Shown here: piece by piece, positions 29,238 to 38,713 of the stretch
Position numbering within the stretch: the stretch's first letter is position 1
Layout of the letters: the number at the start of each line of letters is the position of its first letter
Assembly: GCA_040218735.1 (NCBI GenBank)
Contig: JAVJQW010000019.1
Location: 320,001-384,000, forward strand
Reading direction: 5' to 3'
Origin: Deltaproteobacteria bacterium
GTDB taxonomy: Bacteria > Myxococcota > Kuafuiibacteriia > Kuafuiibacteriales > Kuafuiibacteriaceae
Length of the DNA: 64,000 nucleotides
Notes under the pieces: generated by a model
The model's input: the letters and a program-made list of their open reading frames with translations, nothing else
What the model was told of the DNA's origin: nothing
Databases searched by the model: none
Position numbers and translations under genes: made by a program

Positions 29238-30655
29238 TGAACGCGTACTGGACCGCAGTGCTCGGTGTCCTCGCGTCGCTCGCGCCGTTCCTGCTGCTCG
29301 GCGCGGTGGTCGCGGGTGTACTCCACATCCTCCTCCCGAAGGACTTCGTTCGCCGGCACCTCGGCGGTCGCGGCGGCGTGCTCAAAGCGGTCGCGCTCGG
29401 CGTGCCGCTGCCGCTCTGTTCGTGCGGCGTCATCCCTGCCGGGCTCGGCCTGAAGAAGGACGGCGCCAGCGACGCCTCGACCGTGGGCTTCCTGATCAGC
29501 ACGCCGCAGACCGGCGTCGACTCGATCCTCGTCAGCGCTTCGTTCCTCGGGCTCCCGTTTGCGCTCTTCAAGGTCGTCTCCGCCGCGGTCACCGGAATCG
29601 TCGGTGGCTGGGTCACCGGCTTCGCGTCCGACGGCACGACCCAGCTCCCCGCACCAGCCATGACCAGCGCCGGGGCGCGTCGCAACAAACTGCGCGACTT
29701 CGTCGATCACACGCTGATGATCCTCGGCTCCATCTGGGGCTGGGTCATCTTCGGCATCCTCGCCTCCGCCGCGATCGAGGTCTTCGTCCCGCATGACTTC
29801 CTCGCTGGCTTCGCGGAGTCGGGCTCAATCCTCCCGATGATCGCCGCGCTCGTGATCTCACTGCCGCTCTACGTGTGCGCGACCGCTTCGGTGCCGATCG
29901 CCGCTGCGCTCGTCGAAGCCGGCCTCCCCGCCGGCGCTGCGCTCGTGTTCCTGATGGCGGGGCCCGCGACGAACGTCGCGACCATCGGCGCCATCTACCG
30001 GACGCTCGGCAAGAAGCCGCTCGCGATCTACCTCGCGACGATCGTCCTCGGGAGCATTGGCTTCGGCTTCATGTTCGACTTCGTCCTTCCGCTCGACGCG
30101 GTCACCGCTCCCCACGACCACACCACGTTCGAGTGGTGGCGCGTCGCGAGCATGGTGGCGCTGGTCGCGCTGCTCGCCTACTTCGCCGTCCGTGACCTCC
30201 GCGCGAAGCTCCGCAAGCAACCGGAGCCCGCCGGAGCGATCGAGGTCGCCGTCGAAGGCATGACCTGCAACGGCTGCGTCAATACACTCGAGCGAAAGCT
30301 CCGCGAGACCGCGGGCGTCGAATCCGCTCACGTCTCACTCGACCCGCAGCGCGCGGTCGTCCGCGGCTCGATCTCCGAGGAGGCCGTTGGGGCCGCCGTC
30401 GTCGCGGCCGGCTTTCGCGTCGCGCCGACGGCGCGCTCGGTGGAGGTCGCGGTCGAGGGCATGACCTGTAACGGGTGCGTACGAAAGCTCGAACGCATCC
30501 TCCGCGAGAAGCCGGGTGTCGAAGACGTTCAGGTCACGCTCGACCCGCAGCGCGCCGTGGTGCGCGGGACGATCGCGGAGGCCGACGTCCACGCCGCCGT
30601 CGACGAAGCCGGCTATCGCGTGCCGACCGCCGAGCCGATCTCCGCCGCGAGCTGA
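29234..30655 (+). CDS. ArsP/DUF318-family permease with two C-terminal HMA domains
   Basis: PLPLCSCGVIP, STPQTGVDS, LYVCATASVP, FLMAGPATN; two GMTCNGC motifs. Confidence 0.92.
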   Translation: MMNAYWTAVLGVLASLAPFLLLGAVVAGVLHILLPKDFVRRHLGGRGGVLKAVALGVPLPLCSCGVIPAGLGLKKDGASDASTVGFLISTPQTGVDSILVSASFLGLPFALFKVVSAAVTGIVGGWVTGFASDGTTQLPAPAMTSAGARRNKLRDFVDHTLMILGSIWGWVIFGILASAAIEVFVPHDFLAGFAESGSILPMIAALVISLPLYVCATASVPIAAALVEAGLPAGAALVFLMAGPATNVATIGAIYRTLGKKPLAIYLATIVLGSIGFGFMFDFVLPLDAVTAPHDHTTFEWWRVASMVALVALLAYFAVRDLRAKLRKQPEPAGAIEVAVEGMTCNGCVNTLERKLRETAGVESAHVSLDPQRAVVRGSISEEAVGAAVVAAGFRVAPTARSVEVAVEGMTCNGCVRKLERILREKPGVEDVQVTLDPQRAVVRGTIAEADVHAAVDEAGYRVPTAEPISAAS

Positions 30656-30732
30656 CCGTCGAAACCGTCGCCACCGTTCGGCTCGCGTCGGGTCGCTTTC
30701 CGCCCGGACACGCCGGCGCTACCCTCGCGCCG

Positions 30733-31275
30733 ATGGAAGGCCACTGCACCTGCCGACAGATTCGCTACCGCCTCGAAGGTGATCCGCTCTTCGTTCACTG
30801 CTGCCACTGCAGTTGGTGCCAGCGCGAGACCGGGACGGCGTTTGCGCTCAACGCGATGTACGAAGCCACACGCGTCGAGGTGCTCGAAGGCGAGCCTGAG
30901 CTCGTCGATACCCCATCGAACAGCGGGAAGGGCCAGGTCATCGCGCGCTGCCCGACGTGCCGCGTCGCGCTGTGGAGCAACTACGGCGGTCGCGGCGATG
31001 TCGTGCGGTTCGTGCGCGTCGGGACGATCGACGGCCACGCGTTGAAGCCCGACGTCCACATCTTCACATCGACGATGCAACCCTGGTTGACACTCGGCGA
31101 CGGCGCGCCCGTTTGCGACGCGTACTACGATCGAAAGAAGCTGTGGCCCGAGGCGAGCCTCGAGCACCCGGCCGTCGCCGCGGCTTCGCCGCGCCCACTG
31201 GGCACCTCGTCGGCTTCCCCCCTTCCGGGGGGGCGCCTCCTCGGGCGATGGAAGGTCATGTTGGAATCGAGGTGA
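30733..31275 (+). CDS. GFA/CENP-V family protein with atypical C-terminal extension
   Basis: EGHCTCRQIRY, HCCHCSWCQRETG, RCPTC, PDVHIFT. Confidence 0.9.
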   Translation: MEGHCTCRQIRYRLEGDPLFVHCCHCSWCQRETGTAFALNAMYEATRVEVLEGEPELVDTPSNSGKGQVIARCPTCRVALWSNYGGRGDVVRFVRVGTIDGHALKPDVHIFTSTMQPWLTLGDGAPVCDAYYDRKKLWPEASLEHPAVAAASPRPLGTSSASPLPGGRLLGRWKVMLESR

Positions 31276-31279
31276 CGAG

Positions 31280-31678
31280 TCAGACGGTGATTTCGAGCAG
31301 GGCTCCACCGCCCTGTTCGGCGATCTTCCGCGCGGCGCTGAGCGCCTGTTCCGACGGAATCTGTCGAATGACGTCGCCCGAGCTCTTGTCGATGACTTGA
31401 ACTACGGCGCGACCACTCTCCTCATCAATGGCGAAGTGCAGGTTCGGATGTCGCTGATGTGCGGCTTCGGCGAGGCGCTCGACCACCTCTTGGAGCGCCT
31501 CGGGCGCCAGCGGATCGTTCTCCTGCCCAGGTGATGCCGGTTCGAATCCGGAAGCGGCGGCGTGATCCGACGAGGGCGCGACCGACGTCGACGCCTTGGC
31601 GGCGGGCGACGTCCGCGTCGCGGCCAGGTCGGGCCGCGCTCCGGTGGGCCTGGGGCCCTTGAAATCCAGCTCGCTCAT
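31280..31678 (-). CDS. flaG: Flagellar protein FlaG
   Basis: LHFAIDEESGRAVVQVIDKSSGDVIRQIPSE. Confidence 0.93.
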   Translation of the reverse strand: MSELDFKGPRPTGARPDLAATRTSPAAKASTSVAPSSDHAAASGFEPASPGQENDPLAPEALQEVVERLAEAAHQRHPNLHFAIDEESGRAVVQVIDKSSGDVIRQIPSEQALSAARKIAEQGGGALLEITV

Positions 31679-31701
31679 GCGAAGTACCTAGGCACTCGAG
31701 T

Positions 31702-31726
31702 GCCCCGGAGCATCACGCTCCGGGGC
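31702..31726 (-). terminator. GC-rich hairpin 3' of the second flagellin (no U-tract; stabiliser or partial terminator)
   Basis: gccccggagc-atcac-gctccggggc, a perfect 10-bp stem. Confidence 0.55.
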
Positions 31727-31746
31727 GCCCGAGAGTTTTCGACTGA

Positions 31747-33189
31747 TTACCCGAGCAGCGACAGGGCCGACTGCTGCGAGACGTTCGCCTGCGCGAGCAT
31801 TGCCGTACCGGCCTGCTGCAGAATCTGGCCACGCGTCAGGTTCGCCGTCTCCGTCGCGAAGTCCGCGTCCATGACGCGAGACCGAGCGGCGGAGATGTTC
31901 TCCGAGACGTTGGTCAGGTTCGAGATGGTCGAGTCGAGACGATTCTGGATGGCACCGAGGTCGGCGCGCGCGTTGTCGATCGCAGTGAGCGCCGCGTCGA
32001 TCGTCGAGATCGCCGAGTTCGCGCCCGTCTGCGAGCCGATGTCCACGGACGCCACGTTCGACAGCGTGGACGAGGTCCCCGCGAGGAGCGACGCATCCGC
32101 GGCATCGATCGAGAACGACGCCGAAGAGCTCAGCGAGACCGAGCCGCCGACGACGCCGGAGGTGTTGCCACCTTCCGTCAGGGTCGCGGCACCACCGGTC
32201 GCCCCGGTGATCGACATCGAATCGTTGCCTGCGGTCGCGTTGGCGAAGGTGTCGATCGCGATGTCGTAGCCTTCTTCCTGAACGAGCGAGATCGTCGAGC
32301 CGTTGGACGTCGCGGTGATGCCCGTCGAAGCCGCCTGGCCGTTGATCGCGTCCGCGAGCGACTGCAGGTCGCTGGCCGAAGCCACCGACGCAGAAATCGC
32401 CACCGCCGAGCCGTTGCCCGTGAGGTTGAACGAGACGTTGCCGGTCGAGACGGCGCTGAGCGTCGCCGTGGTCCGCGCGTCCGCCTCCACACCCGTCGAC
32501 GAGCTGACCGCGTTGACCGCCGCCGCGATGGTGTAGGCGCTATCGTTCGCCGCGATCGCCGCGGTGGTGCCGGAGCCGAGCTCACCCGAAATCACCAGAC
32601 CGTTCGCGTCCGCCGCAGCGCCGTTGTTGGTCGAGCCCGCGACGGCCGTCGACATCGTGCCACCGGCGACCGCGTGGTTGCCGAGCGACGTCGAACGGGT
32701 GCTCGAGAGCGAGATGGTGAGGTTCTGGTTGGCTTCGGAGCCGATGTGGAACGACTGGCCGCTGAACGTACCGTTCAAGAGATCCTTGCCGTTGAACTGC
32801 GTGGTGTTGGCGATTCGATCGAGCTCCGCCTGAAGCTGCACGACCTCCTTCTGCAGGTTCGCCCGGTCCGCGGACGAGTTCGTGTCGTTCGCGGCCTGGA
32901 CGGAGAGGTCACGCATGCGCTGCAGGATGTTGGTCGACTCCTGCATCGCGCCTTCCGCCGTCTGCGCCAGGGAGATGGCGTCGTTCGCGTTTCGCGCCGC
33001 CTGGTTGAGGCCGCGGATCTGCGAGTTCATGCGGTTGGCGATCGCGAGACCGGCCGCGTCGTCCTTGGCGCCGTTGATGCGCAGACCGCTGGACAGCCGC
33101 TCCATCGCGGTGCCGAGGGTCTTCTGCGAATTGTTCAACGAGCGCTGCGCCCGAAGCGACATGATGTTGGTGTTGATGGTCATGGCCAT
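31747..33189 (-). CDS. fliC: Flagellin (copy 2)
   Basis: [51 protein letters not shown]; SD GGAGG upstream. Confidence 0.98.
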   Translation of the reverse strand: MAMTINTNIMSLRAQRSLNNSQKTLGTAMERLSSGLRINGAKDDAAGLAIANRMNSQIRGLNQAARNANDAISLAQTAEGAMQESTNILQRMRDLSVQAANDTNSSADRANLQKEVVQLQAELDRIANTTQFNGKDLLNGTFSGQSFHIGSEANQNLTISLSSTRSTSLGNHAVAGGTMSTAVAGSTNNGAAADANGLVISGELGSGTTAAIAANDSAYTIAAAVNAVSSSTGVEADARTTATLSAVSTGNVSFNLTGNGSAVAISASVASASDLQSLADAINGQAASTGITATSNGSTISLVQEEGYDIAIDTFANATAGNDSMSITGATGGAATLTEGGNTSGVVGGSVSLSSSASFSIDAADASLLAGTSSTLSNVASVDIGSQTGANSAISTIDAALTAIDNARADLGAIQNRLDSTISNLTNVSENISAARSRVMDADFATETANLTRGQILQQAGTAMLAQANVSQQSALSLLG

Positions 33190-33481
33190 GGTCGAATTCC
33201 TCCGTGAAGCCACGCCCGACCCGTGAAGACGGATCGGTGCGTCCACTCGTCTGTGAGTGCACGGTCCGCGGCGCCTTCCCACACGTGGGATCGACGCCGC
33301 GTCCGCGGCAGTTTCAAAGGCGGGTGTTCAACTGCTGAACGTCCGCGTGTTCACGGGGGGAGTTCGGGCCGAAGCGCGGAACCGAATAGAGGGTCTCAGC
33401 CGATTCTCAACTGGTGACGCACGCTGCCTCGCGGCGATCCGCGGTGCGCCCCTCGGCGAGACATGTTTCGTGGCTTCTGTA

Positions 33482-33790
33482 TCAGGCCGTTTCGGCGTAG
33501 CAGGACATGGCCTGCGCGGACGCCTTGGATTGGGACAGCTGATCTTCCAGCCGCAGGCGGTCCGTCTTCACGAGGTTTGCGAGCTCGTGGTCGGTGCGAA
33601 GGATCGTGTCGATGCCTTCGGCGATCGTGGAGGCGATGTCGGTGACGGTGTAGTCCGCGAAGAACTTCTCGAGGCGGACGTGACGCTCGTGATGCTGCTC
33701 AGCGACCTCGACCCAGCGACCCTGCCGAGCCATCTCGAGCATGTTCGACGACTGCTCGAGGATCGAGTCCCAATCGGCGGAGCGCGTCAC
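33482..33790 (-). CDS. fliT: Flagellar chaperone FliT
   Basis: 102 aa, coupled to fliD; SSNMLEMARQGRW, ILRTD.EL, C-terminal Tyr. Confidence 0.75.
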   Translation of the reverse strand: MTRSADWDSILEQSSNMLEMARQGRWVEVAEQHHERHVRLEKFFADYTVTDIASTIAEGIDTILRTDHELANLVKTDRLRLEDQLSQSKASAQAMSCYAETA

Positions 33791-35199
33791 CGGTTGCTCC
33801 TCCGCGTGAAGCCGGGGAGGTTCGCGAGCTGCTGCCCGAGGTACTCGCTGGTGGTGGAGAGCTGGGCGACGAGCTCGTCCATCGCGAAGAACTGGGCGCG
33901 GGTGCGTGCCTCGAACGCCTCGAGGCGGAGCTCGAGGCGCTCCCGCTGCTCGCCGACGCGGTCGATCCGCGACTCGAGGCCGTCGACGCGCGCGTCGAGC
34001 AGCCCGTTGGTCTCGACGTAGGGCTCGACCGCCGCGGAGAGCCGCGAAGCGTAGCCCTCGGCCGAGGCGAAGATGTCGCCGATCGCGTCGGGGTCGGCGG
34101 CGAAGGCGGCGTCGATCGTCCCGCTGTCGAGCGAGAGCTTGCCGAACTCATCGCGCGTGACGCCGATGTCGGCGAGCGTGCGGTAGGTGAGCGTCGTGTC
34201 CGACAACCCCGTCGCGAACTCGTTACGGATGCGGCTCGCGATGCTGCGGAGCGTCGCGTCGCCGAGGAGGGGGCCGCCCGAGCCCGAAGCGGCGTCGTAC
34301 CGGCCGAGGTCGGTGAAGGTCTCTTGGAGGCTGTTGTACGCTTTGACGAACGAGTTCACGCGCGAGATGACGGCGGCCTTGTTGTAGGTCACGGCGACGG
34401 TCTCGGTGGTGCCGACTTGGGCCTCCTTGAGCGTGAGCGTGACGCCGGTGATCGCGCCGGAGATCGTGTTCGTCGCGCTGGTGATGTCCTGATTGAAGAC
34501 GCGCACGAGCGCGTCCTCGGCCGGGACGAGCTCGACCATGTTGTCGGTCACGCCGTCGTAGCTGAGCTGCGAGAGTCCGGCGTTGTCGGTGTCGACCCCG
34601 TCGGTGTCGGCCACGGAGACGGAGATGGCGTTGGAGAGGCCGGTGTCGCTCGAGGAGAGCACGAGGCGCGAGACCGTGCCGCCGACGCCGTCGTCGACGT
34701 TGATGATCGTGGCGCTGACGCCGGTGTTGTCGGTGGCGTCGTTGATGGCGTCGCGAATGCCGGCGAGGGTGCTGTTGGTCGAGTCGATGTCGACGTCGAA
34801 GCTCGCGGAACCCATGCTGACGGTGAGCGTGCCTTCGCCGACGACGGTGGTCTCGGCCGCGAAGTCCTGCGAACGGACGCGGTGTGCGGCCGCGAGGCGA
34901 ACGACCTCGACGTCGTAGGAGCCGGGGGTCGCGGTGTCGTCCGCGGACGCCGTGATGACGTCTGCGTTGGTGGTGGTCGTGGTCCTCAGTCGGAAGTCGT
35001 CGATGTCGTCGAGGTTGCCGACGGCGGTCGAGAACTCGGAGAGGGCTGATTTCAGCGAGCCGATCGCGGAGATCTCCGCCGTGTAGGCGGCTTCGCGCTG
35101 GTTGAGACGAAACGACGCCGTCGCCCCCTCGGCCTGCACCAGTTGGGAGACCAGGCTGTTGATGTCGAGTCCCGATCCGATTCCCGGAGAAGTCAGCAT
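33787..35199 (-). CDS. fliD: Flagellar filament cap protein FliD
   Basis: SPGIGSGLDINSLVSQL, GSYDVEV..LA, FVKAYNSL, GPLLGD, QFFAMD. Confidence 0.97.
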   Translation of the reverse strand: MLTSPGIGSGLDINSLVSQLVQAEGATASFRLNQREAAYTAEISAIGSLKSALSEFSTAVGNLDDIDDFRLRTTTTTNADVITASADDTATPGSYDVEVVRLAAAHRVRSQDFAAETTVVGEGTLTVSMGSASFDVDIDSTNSTLAGIRDAINDATDNTGVSATIINVDDGVGGTVSRLVLSSSDTGLSNAISVSVADTDGVDTDNAGLSQLSYDGVTDNMVELVPAEDALVRVFNQDITSATNTISGAITGVTLTLKEAQVGTTETVAVTYNKAAVISRVNSFVKAYNSLQETFTDLGRYDAASGSGGPLLGDATLRSIASRIRNEFATGLSDTTLTYRTLADIGVTRDEFGKLSLDSGTIDAAFAADPDAIGDIFASAEGYASRLSAAVEPYVETNGLLDARVDGLESRIDRVGEQRERLELRLEAFEARTRAQFFAMDELVAQLSTTSEYLGQQLANLPGFTRRSNR

Positions 35200-35247
35200 G
35201 TCCTCAGCTCACTCGGTCAACTTCATCTGCGCATGAGCGCGTGTGCG

Positions 35248-35298
35248 AAAAAGAAACGGGATCGCCCCCGGAGCTCCCTCGGATCCCCGAGGGCGATC
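35248..35298 (-). terminator. Rho-independent terminator after flagellin copy 1
   Basis: On the minus strand, a gatcgccc...gggcgatc stem followed by ccgtttcttttt. Confidence 0.75.
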
Positions 35299-35311
35299 TT
35301 CAGACCGCGTC

Positions 35312-36766
35312 TTAGCCCTGCAGCAGCTGGAGCGCCGCCTGCGGCAGCTGATTGGCCTGAGCCATCATCGCCGTGCCGGCCTGCTGGAGGATCTGAGCCT
35401 TGGTCAACGCCGCCGTTTCCGCGGCGAAATCAGCGTCGACGATTCGCGACTTCGCGGCCGTGAGATTCTCGGCCACGTTGGTCAAGTTGCTGATCGTCGA
35501 TTCCAGACGGTTCTGGATCGCACCCAGGTCTGCGCGTGTGTCGTCCACGAAGGTGAGCGCCGCGTCGATCGTGTCGAGGGCCGAGTTCGCCAGCGTTGCC
35601 GAGGCGATCGAGACCGAGGACACGCTCGTGAGCGAGCTCGAGTTGGCCGCGCCGATCGACGCGTCGATCGCGTCGATCGAGAACGCCGAGGACGACTGGT
35701 ACGTCACCGCACCGCCGACCACGCCGCTGACGTTGCCACCTTCCGTGAGGGTCGCCGCGGCGCCGCTCGCACCGGTGAGGTCCATCGAATCATTGCCCGC
35801 CGTCGCGTTCGCGAAGCCGGTGATTGCGATGTCGTAGCCTTCCCCGTTGATGAGCTCGACGCTGTTCCCGTTCGACACGGCCGTGATGCCGGTCGTTGCG
35901 GCCTGCGCGTTGATCGCCGAAGCGAGCCCCTGCAGGTCGTTGACCGAAGCCACGTTCGCGCTGATCGCGACCGGAGAACCCGCGTTCGCACCGGCCAGGT
36001 TGAACGAGACCGTGCCCGCCGCCGAGAGGTTGTCGAGCGTCGCGACCGTGCGCGCGCTCGCCGAAACTCCGGTCTGGTTGGTCACGGCGTTCACCGCCGA
36101 CGCGATCGTGAACGCACTGTCGTTCGCCGCGATCGCCGCCGTCGTACCCGAACCGAGAGAACCCGAGATCACCAGCCCGTTCGCGTCCGCCGCCACGCCG
36201 TTGTTCGTGGAGCCCGCCACCGCCGTCGTCATCGTGCCCGACGCCACGGTGTGGTTGCCGATCGCCGTCGTCCGCGTGCTCTGGAGCGACACGGAGACGT
36301 TCTGATTGGCTTGCGCACCGATGTGGAAGGTCATCCCGTTGAACGTGCCGTCCAGGAGGTTGCGCCCGTTGAACTGCGTGGTCGTCGCGATGCGATCGAG
36401 CTCGCTGAGCAACTGGGTCACTTCCTTCTGAAGGTTGGCGCGGTCCGCATCGGAGTTCGTGTCGTTCGCCGCCTGGACGGCGAGGTCACGCATCCGCTGC
36501 AGGATCGTCGTTGCCTCTGACATCGCCCCTTCCGCGGTCTGCGAGAGCGAGATCGCGTCGTTGGCGTTGCGCGCCGCGATGTTGAGGCCGCGGATCTGCG
36601 AACCCATGCGGTTCGCAATCGCGAGCCCGGCCGCGTCGTCCTTCGCGCTGTTGACGCGAAGGCCGGACGACAGCCGCTCCATCGAGGTGCTCAGGGACAT
36701 CTGCGAACCATTGAGCGAACGCTGCGCGCGCAGAGCCGAGATGTTGGTGTTGATCACGAGTGCCAT
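35312..36766 (-). CDS. fliC: Flagellin (copy 1)
   Basis: [46 protein letters not shown]; SD AAGGAGG. Confidence 0.98.
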   Translation of the reverse strand: MALVINTNISALRAQRSLNGSQMSLSTSMERLSSGLRVNSAKDDAAGLAIANRMGSQIRGLNIAARNANDAISLSQTAEGAMSEATTILQRMRDLAVQAANDTNSDADRANLQKEVTQLLSELDRIATTTQFNGRNLLDGTFNGMTFHIGAQANQNVSVSLQSTRTTAIGNHTVASGTMTTAVAGSTNNGVAADANGLVISGSLGSGTTAAIAANDSAFTIASAVNAVTNQTGVSASARTVATLDNLSAAGTVSFNLAGANAGSPVAISANVASVNDLQGLASAINAQAATTGITAVSNGNSVELINGEGYDIAITGFANATAGNDSMDLTGASGAAATLTEGGNVSGVVGGAVTYQSSSAFSIDAIDASIGAANSSSLTSVSSVSIASATLANSALDTIDAALTFVDDTRADLGAIQNRLESTISNLTNVAENLTAAKSRIVDADFAAETAALTKAQILQQAGTAMMAQANQLPQAALQLLQG

Positions 36767-36892
36767 CTGTTTCCTCCTTGGAAACCGAGCCGCCCTCGCG
36801 GACGGCCTCTTCTTCTCGTCCGTGAGTCGAAGTCAGTGTCGCTCGTACCCTGCGGCGTACTGCCGTGAGCCGGTCGCGTCGTTTCACTGGTC

Positions 36893-36919
36893 CAATCGGA
36901 GGCGGGAGGATCAGGTTGA
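36893..36919 (-). promoter_or_regulatory. Sigma28 (FliA)-type promoter of flagellin
   Basis: Minus strand TCAA-N15-TCCGATTG versus consensus TAAA-N15-GCCGATAA, about 125 nt upstream of the ATG. Confidence 0.7.
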
Positions 36920-37220
36920 GGCGTTCCTTGCGGATCAGCTTGGGCCAGTGGTTCGTGCTGAGACGCCCGACGTGGCGAGGGATGGAACGTGCTGGGCTGA
37001 GGCGGATCAGGTTGGGCCAAGGTCCCCCGGTCCGGGTCCCGGTTCCGGTCCCGGTCCCGCTTCGGCGCTCCAGGCGCGCGGAGGAGGTGGGCTGGCCTCA
37101 GCCTGTGCGGCGACCGCCGTTCTCCTCCGCGCTCGATCGCGCGTGAGAAACGCGTGCGGGGGATGCTTGCTCGGTGGGGTTCGCCCTAGAACCTCGTAGG
37201 GGACAGCGGCCGCCCCCGAT

Positions 37221-38000
37221 CTCGCCGGAGCGCGAGGAGCCAGGACCATCGTCGGCGAGCGCGTCGGCCCGGGACCGGACCGGGCATCTCGCCGAACCGC
37301 GAGGAGCCAGGACCATCGTCGGCGATTGCGTCGGACCGGTCATCTCGCCGAACCGCGAGGCGTCAGGACCATCGTCGGGCGATTGTTGTCGGCCCGGGCC
37401 CCGGGACCGAGGCCCGGCATACCGCCGGAGAGCGAGGCGTCAGGACCATCGTCGGGCGATTGCGGTCGGCCCGGGCCCCGGGACCGAGGCCCGGCGTCCC
37501 GCCGGAGAGCGAGGAGCCAGGGACCATCGTCGGCGACTGCGGTCGGCCCGGGTCCGGGACCCGGCGTCTCGCCGGAGCGCGAGGAGCCAGGACCATCGTC
37601 GGCGAGCGCGGTCGGCCCGGGACCGGGACCGGCGTCCCGCCGGAGCGCGAGGAGCCAGACCATCGTCGGCGCTTGCGGACGGCGCTGGACTTGGACCGGG
37701 ACCGCGCTCGGACTCGGGCGTCTCGCTGGAGCGCGAGGGCGTCAGCGATTTCGTCGGCCCGAGACCGGGGGCCTCGCCGGAGCGCGCGGAGCCAGGACCG
37801 TCGTCGGCGATTGCGGTCGGCCCGGGACCCGGACCTGGACCGCGCTCGGACTCGGGCGTCTCGCTGGAGCGCGAGGCGTCAGCGATTGCGTCGGTCCGAG
37901 ACCGGGGGCCTCGCCGGAGCGCGCGGAGCCAGGATTATTGTCGGCGATTGCGGTCGGCCCGGGACCCGGACCGGGACCGGGACCGGGCGTCTCGCGGAGC
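37221..38000. repeat. Non-coding array of about 11 degenerate 50-87 bp tandem repeats
   Basis: Core ctcgccggagcgcgaggagccaggaccatcgtcggcgattgcggtcggcccggg starts near 37221, 37288, 37344, 37421, 37498, 37568, 37636, 37722, 37772, 37860 and 37910. Confidence 0.92.
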
Positions 38001-38010
38001 TCGACGAGGG

Positions 38011-38565
38011 CTAGAACGGGATGTCGGAGTCGTCGAGCGGGGGCGGATCGTCGTTGCGGCCGCCACCGCCGCCGCCGCCGCCGCGGTCGTAGTCGCCGCC
38101 GCCGCCGCCGCCGCCGTAGCCACCACCGCCGCCGCCGCCGTAGCCGCCGCCGCCACCGCCGCCGCGGTCGTAGCCACCGCCACCACCGCCGCCGCCGCCG
38201 CCGTAGCCGCCGCCTCCGCCGCCGCCGCCTTCACCGCGGCCGCCGAGGAACTGGACGCGATCGGCGTTGATCTCGGTGGTCCACCGCTTGTTGCCGTCTC
38301 GGTCCTCCCACTCGCGCGTCTGGATGCGGCCTTCGATGTACACCGACCGACCTTTGCGCAGGTACTCGCCGCACGTCTCGGCCTGACGACCCCAGACGAC
38401 GATGCGGTGCCATTCGGTCTTCTCCTGGCGCTCGCCGCTCTTGTCGTTCCAGACCTCCGTCGTCGCGATGCGGAAGTTCGCGACCGCCGTGCTGCTGGCC
38501 GTATAACGCACCTCGGGATCAGCCCCGAGGTTTCCAATCAACATTACCTTGTTCAAGCTGGCCAT
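38011..38565 (-). CDS. ssb: Single-stranded DNA-binding protein
   Basis: [23 protein letters not shown], Gly-rich linker, C-terminal DIPF. Confidence 0.98.
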   Translation of the reverse strand: MASLNKVMLIGNLGADPEVRYTASSTAVANFRIATTEVWNDKSGERQEKTEWHRIVVWGRQAETCGEYLRKGRSVYIEGRIQTREWEDRDGNKRWTTEINADRVQFLGGRGEGGGGGGGGYGGGGGGGGGGYDRGGGGGGGYGGGGGGGYGGGGGGGDYDRGGGGGGGGRNDDPPPLDDSDIPF

Positions 38566-38713
38566 GAGCCCTCCAAAAAGCGGCGCCTGATTCGCTTCTT
38601 GCTCGCGCCGCCGAACGCGAGTTGTGTTCCGTCGGATCGGGCGAGTCAAACCCGAACGCTTCGAAAATCGTTCGCGTTGTGTTCCGCGCGCGCGCCGCCC
38701 ATGCTCGCCGCCC

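Noticed and set aside
33280-33320. Sigma28 promoter for flagellin copy 2 (GAAA-N16-GTCGATCC), and a similar weak site before fliD at 35210-35236
   Set aside because: Spacing or sequence match is too poor to list as features; they remain possible
37221-38000. CRISPR array
   Set aside because: Units are degenerate and variable in length, the intervening parts are related to each other rather than unique spacers, and no cas genes are present
38050-38235. GCC-rich repeat as a separate element
   Set aside because: It encodes the ordinary Gly-rich SSB linker
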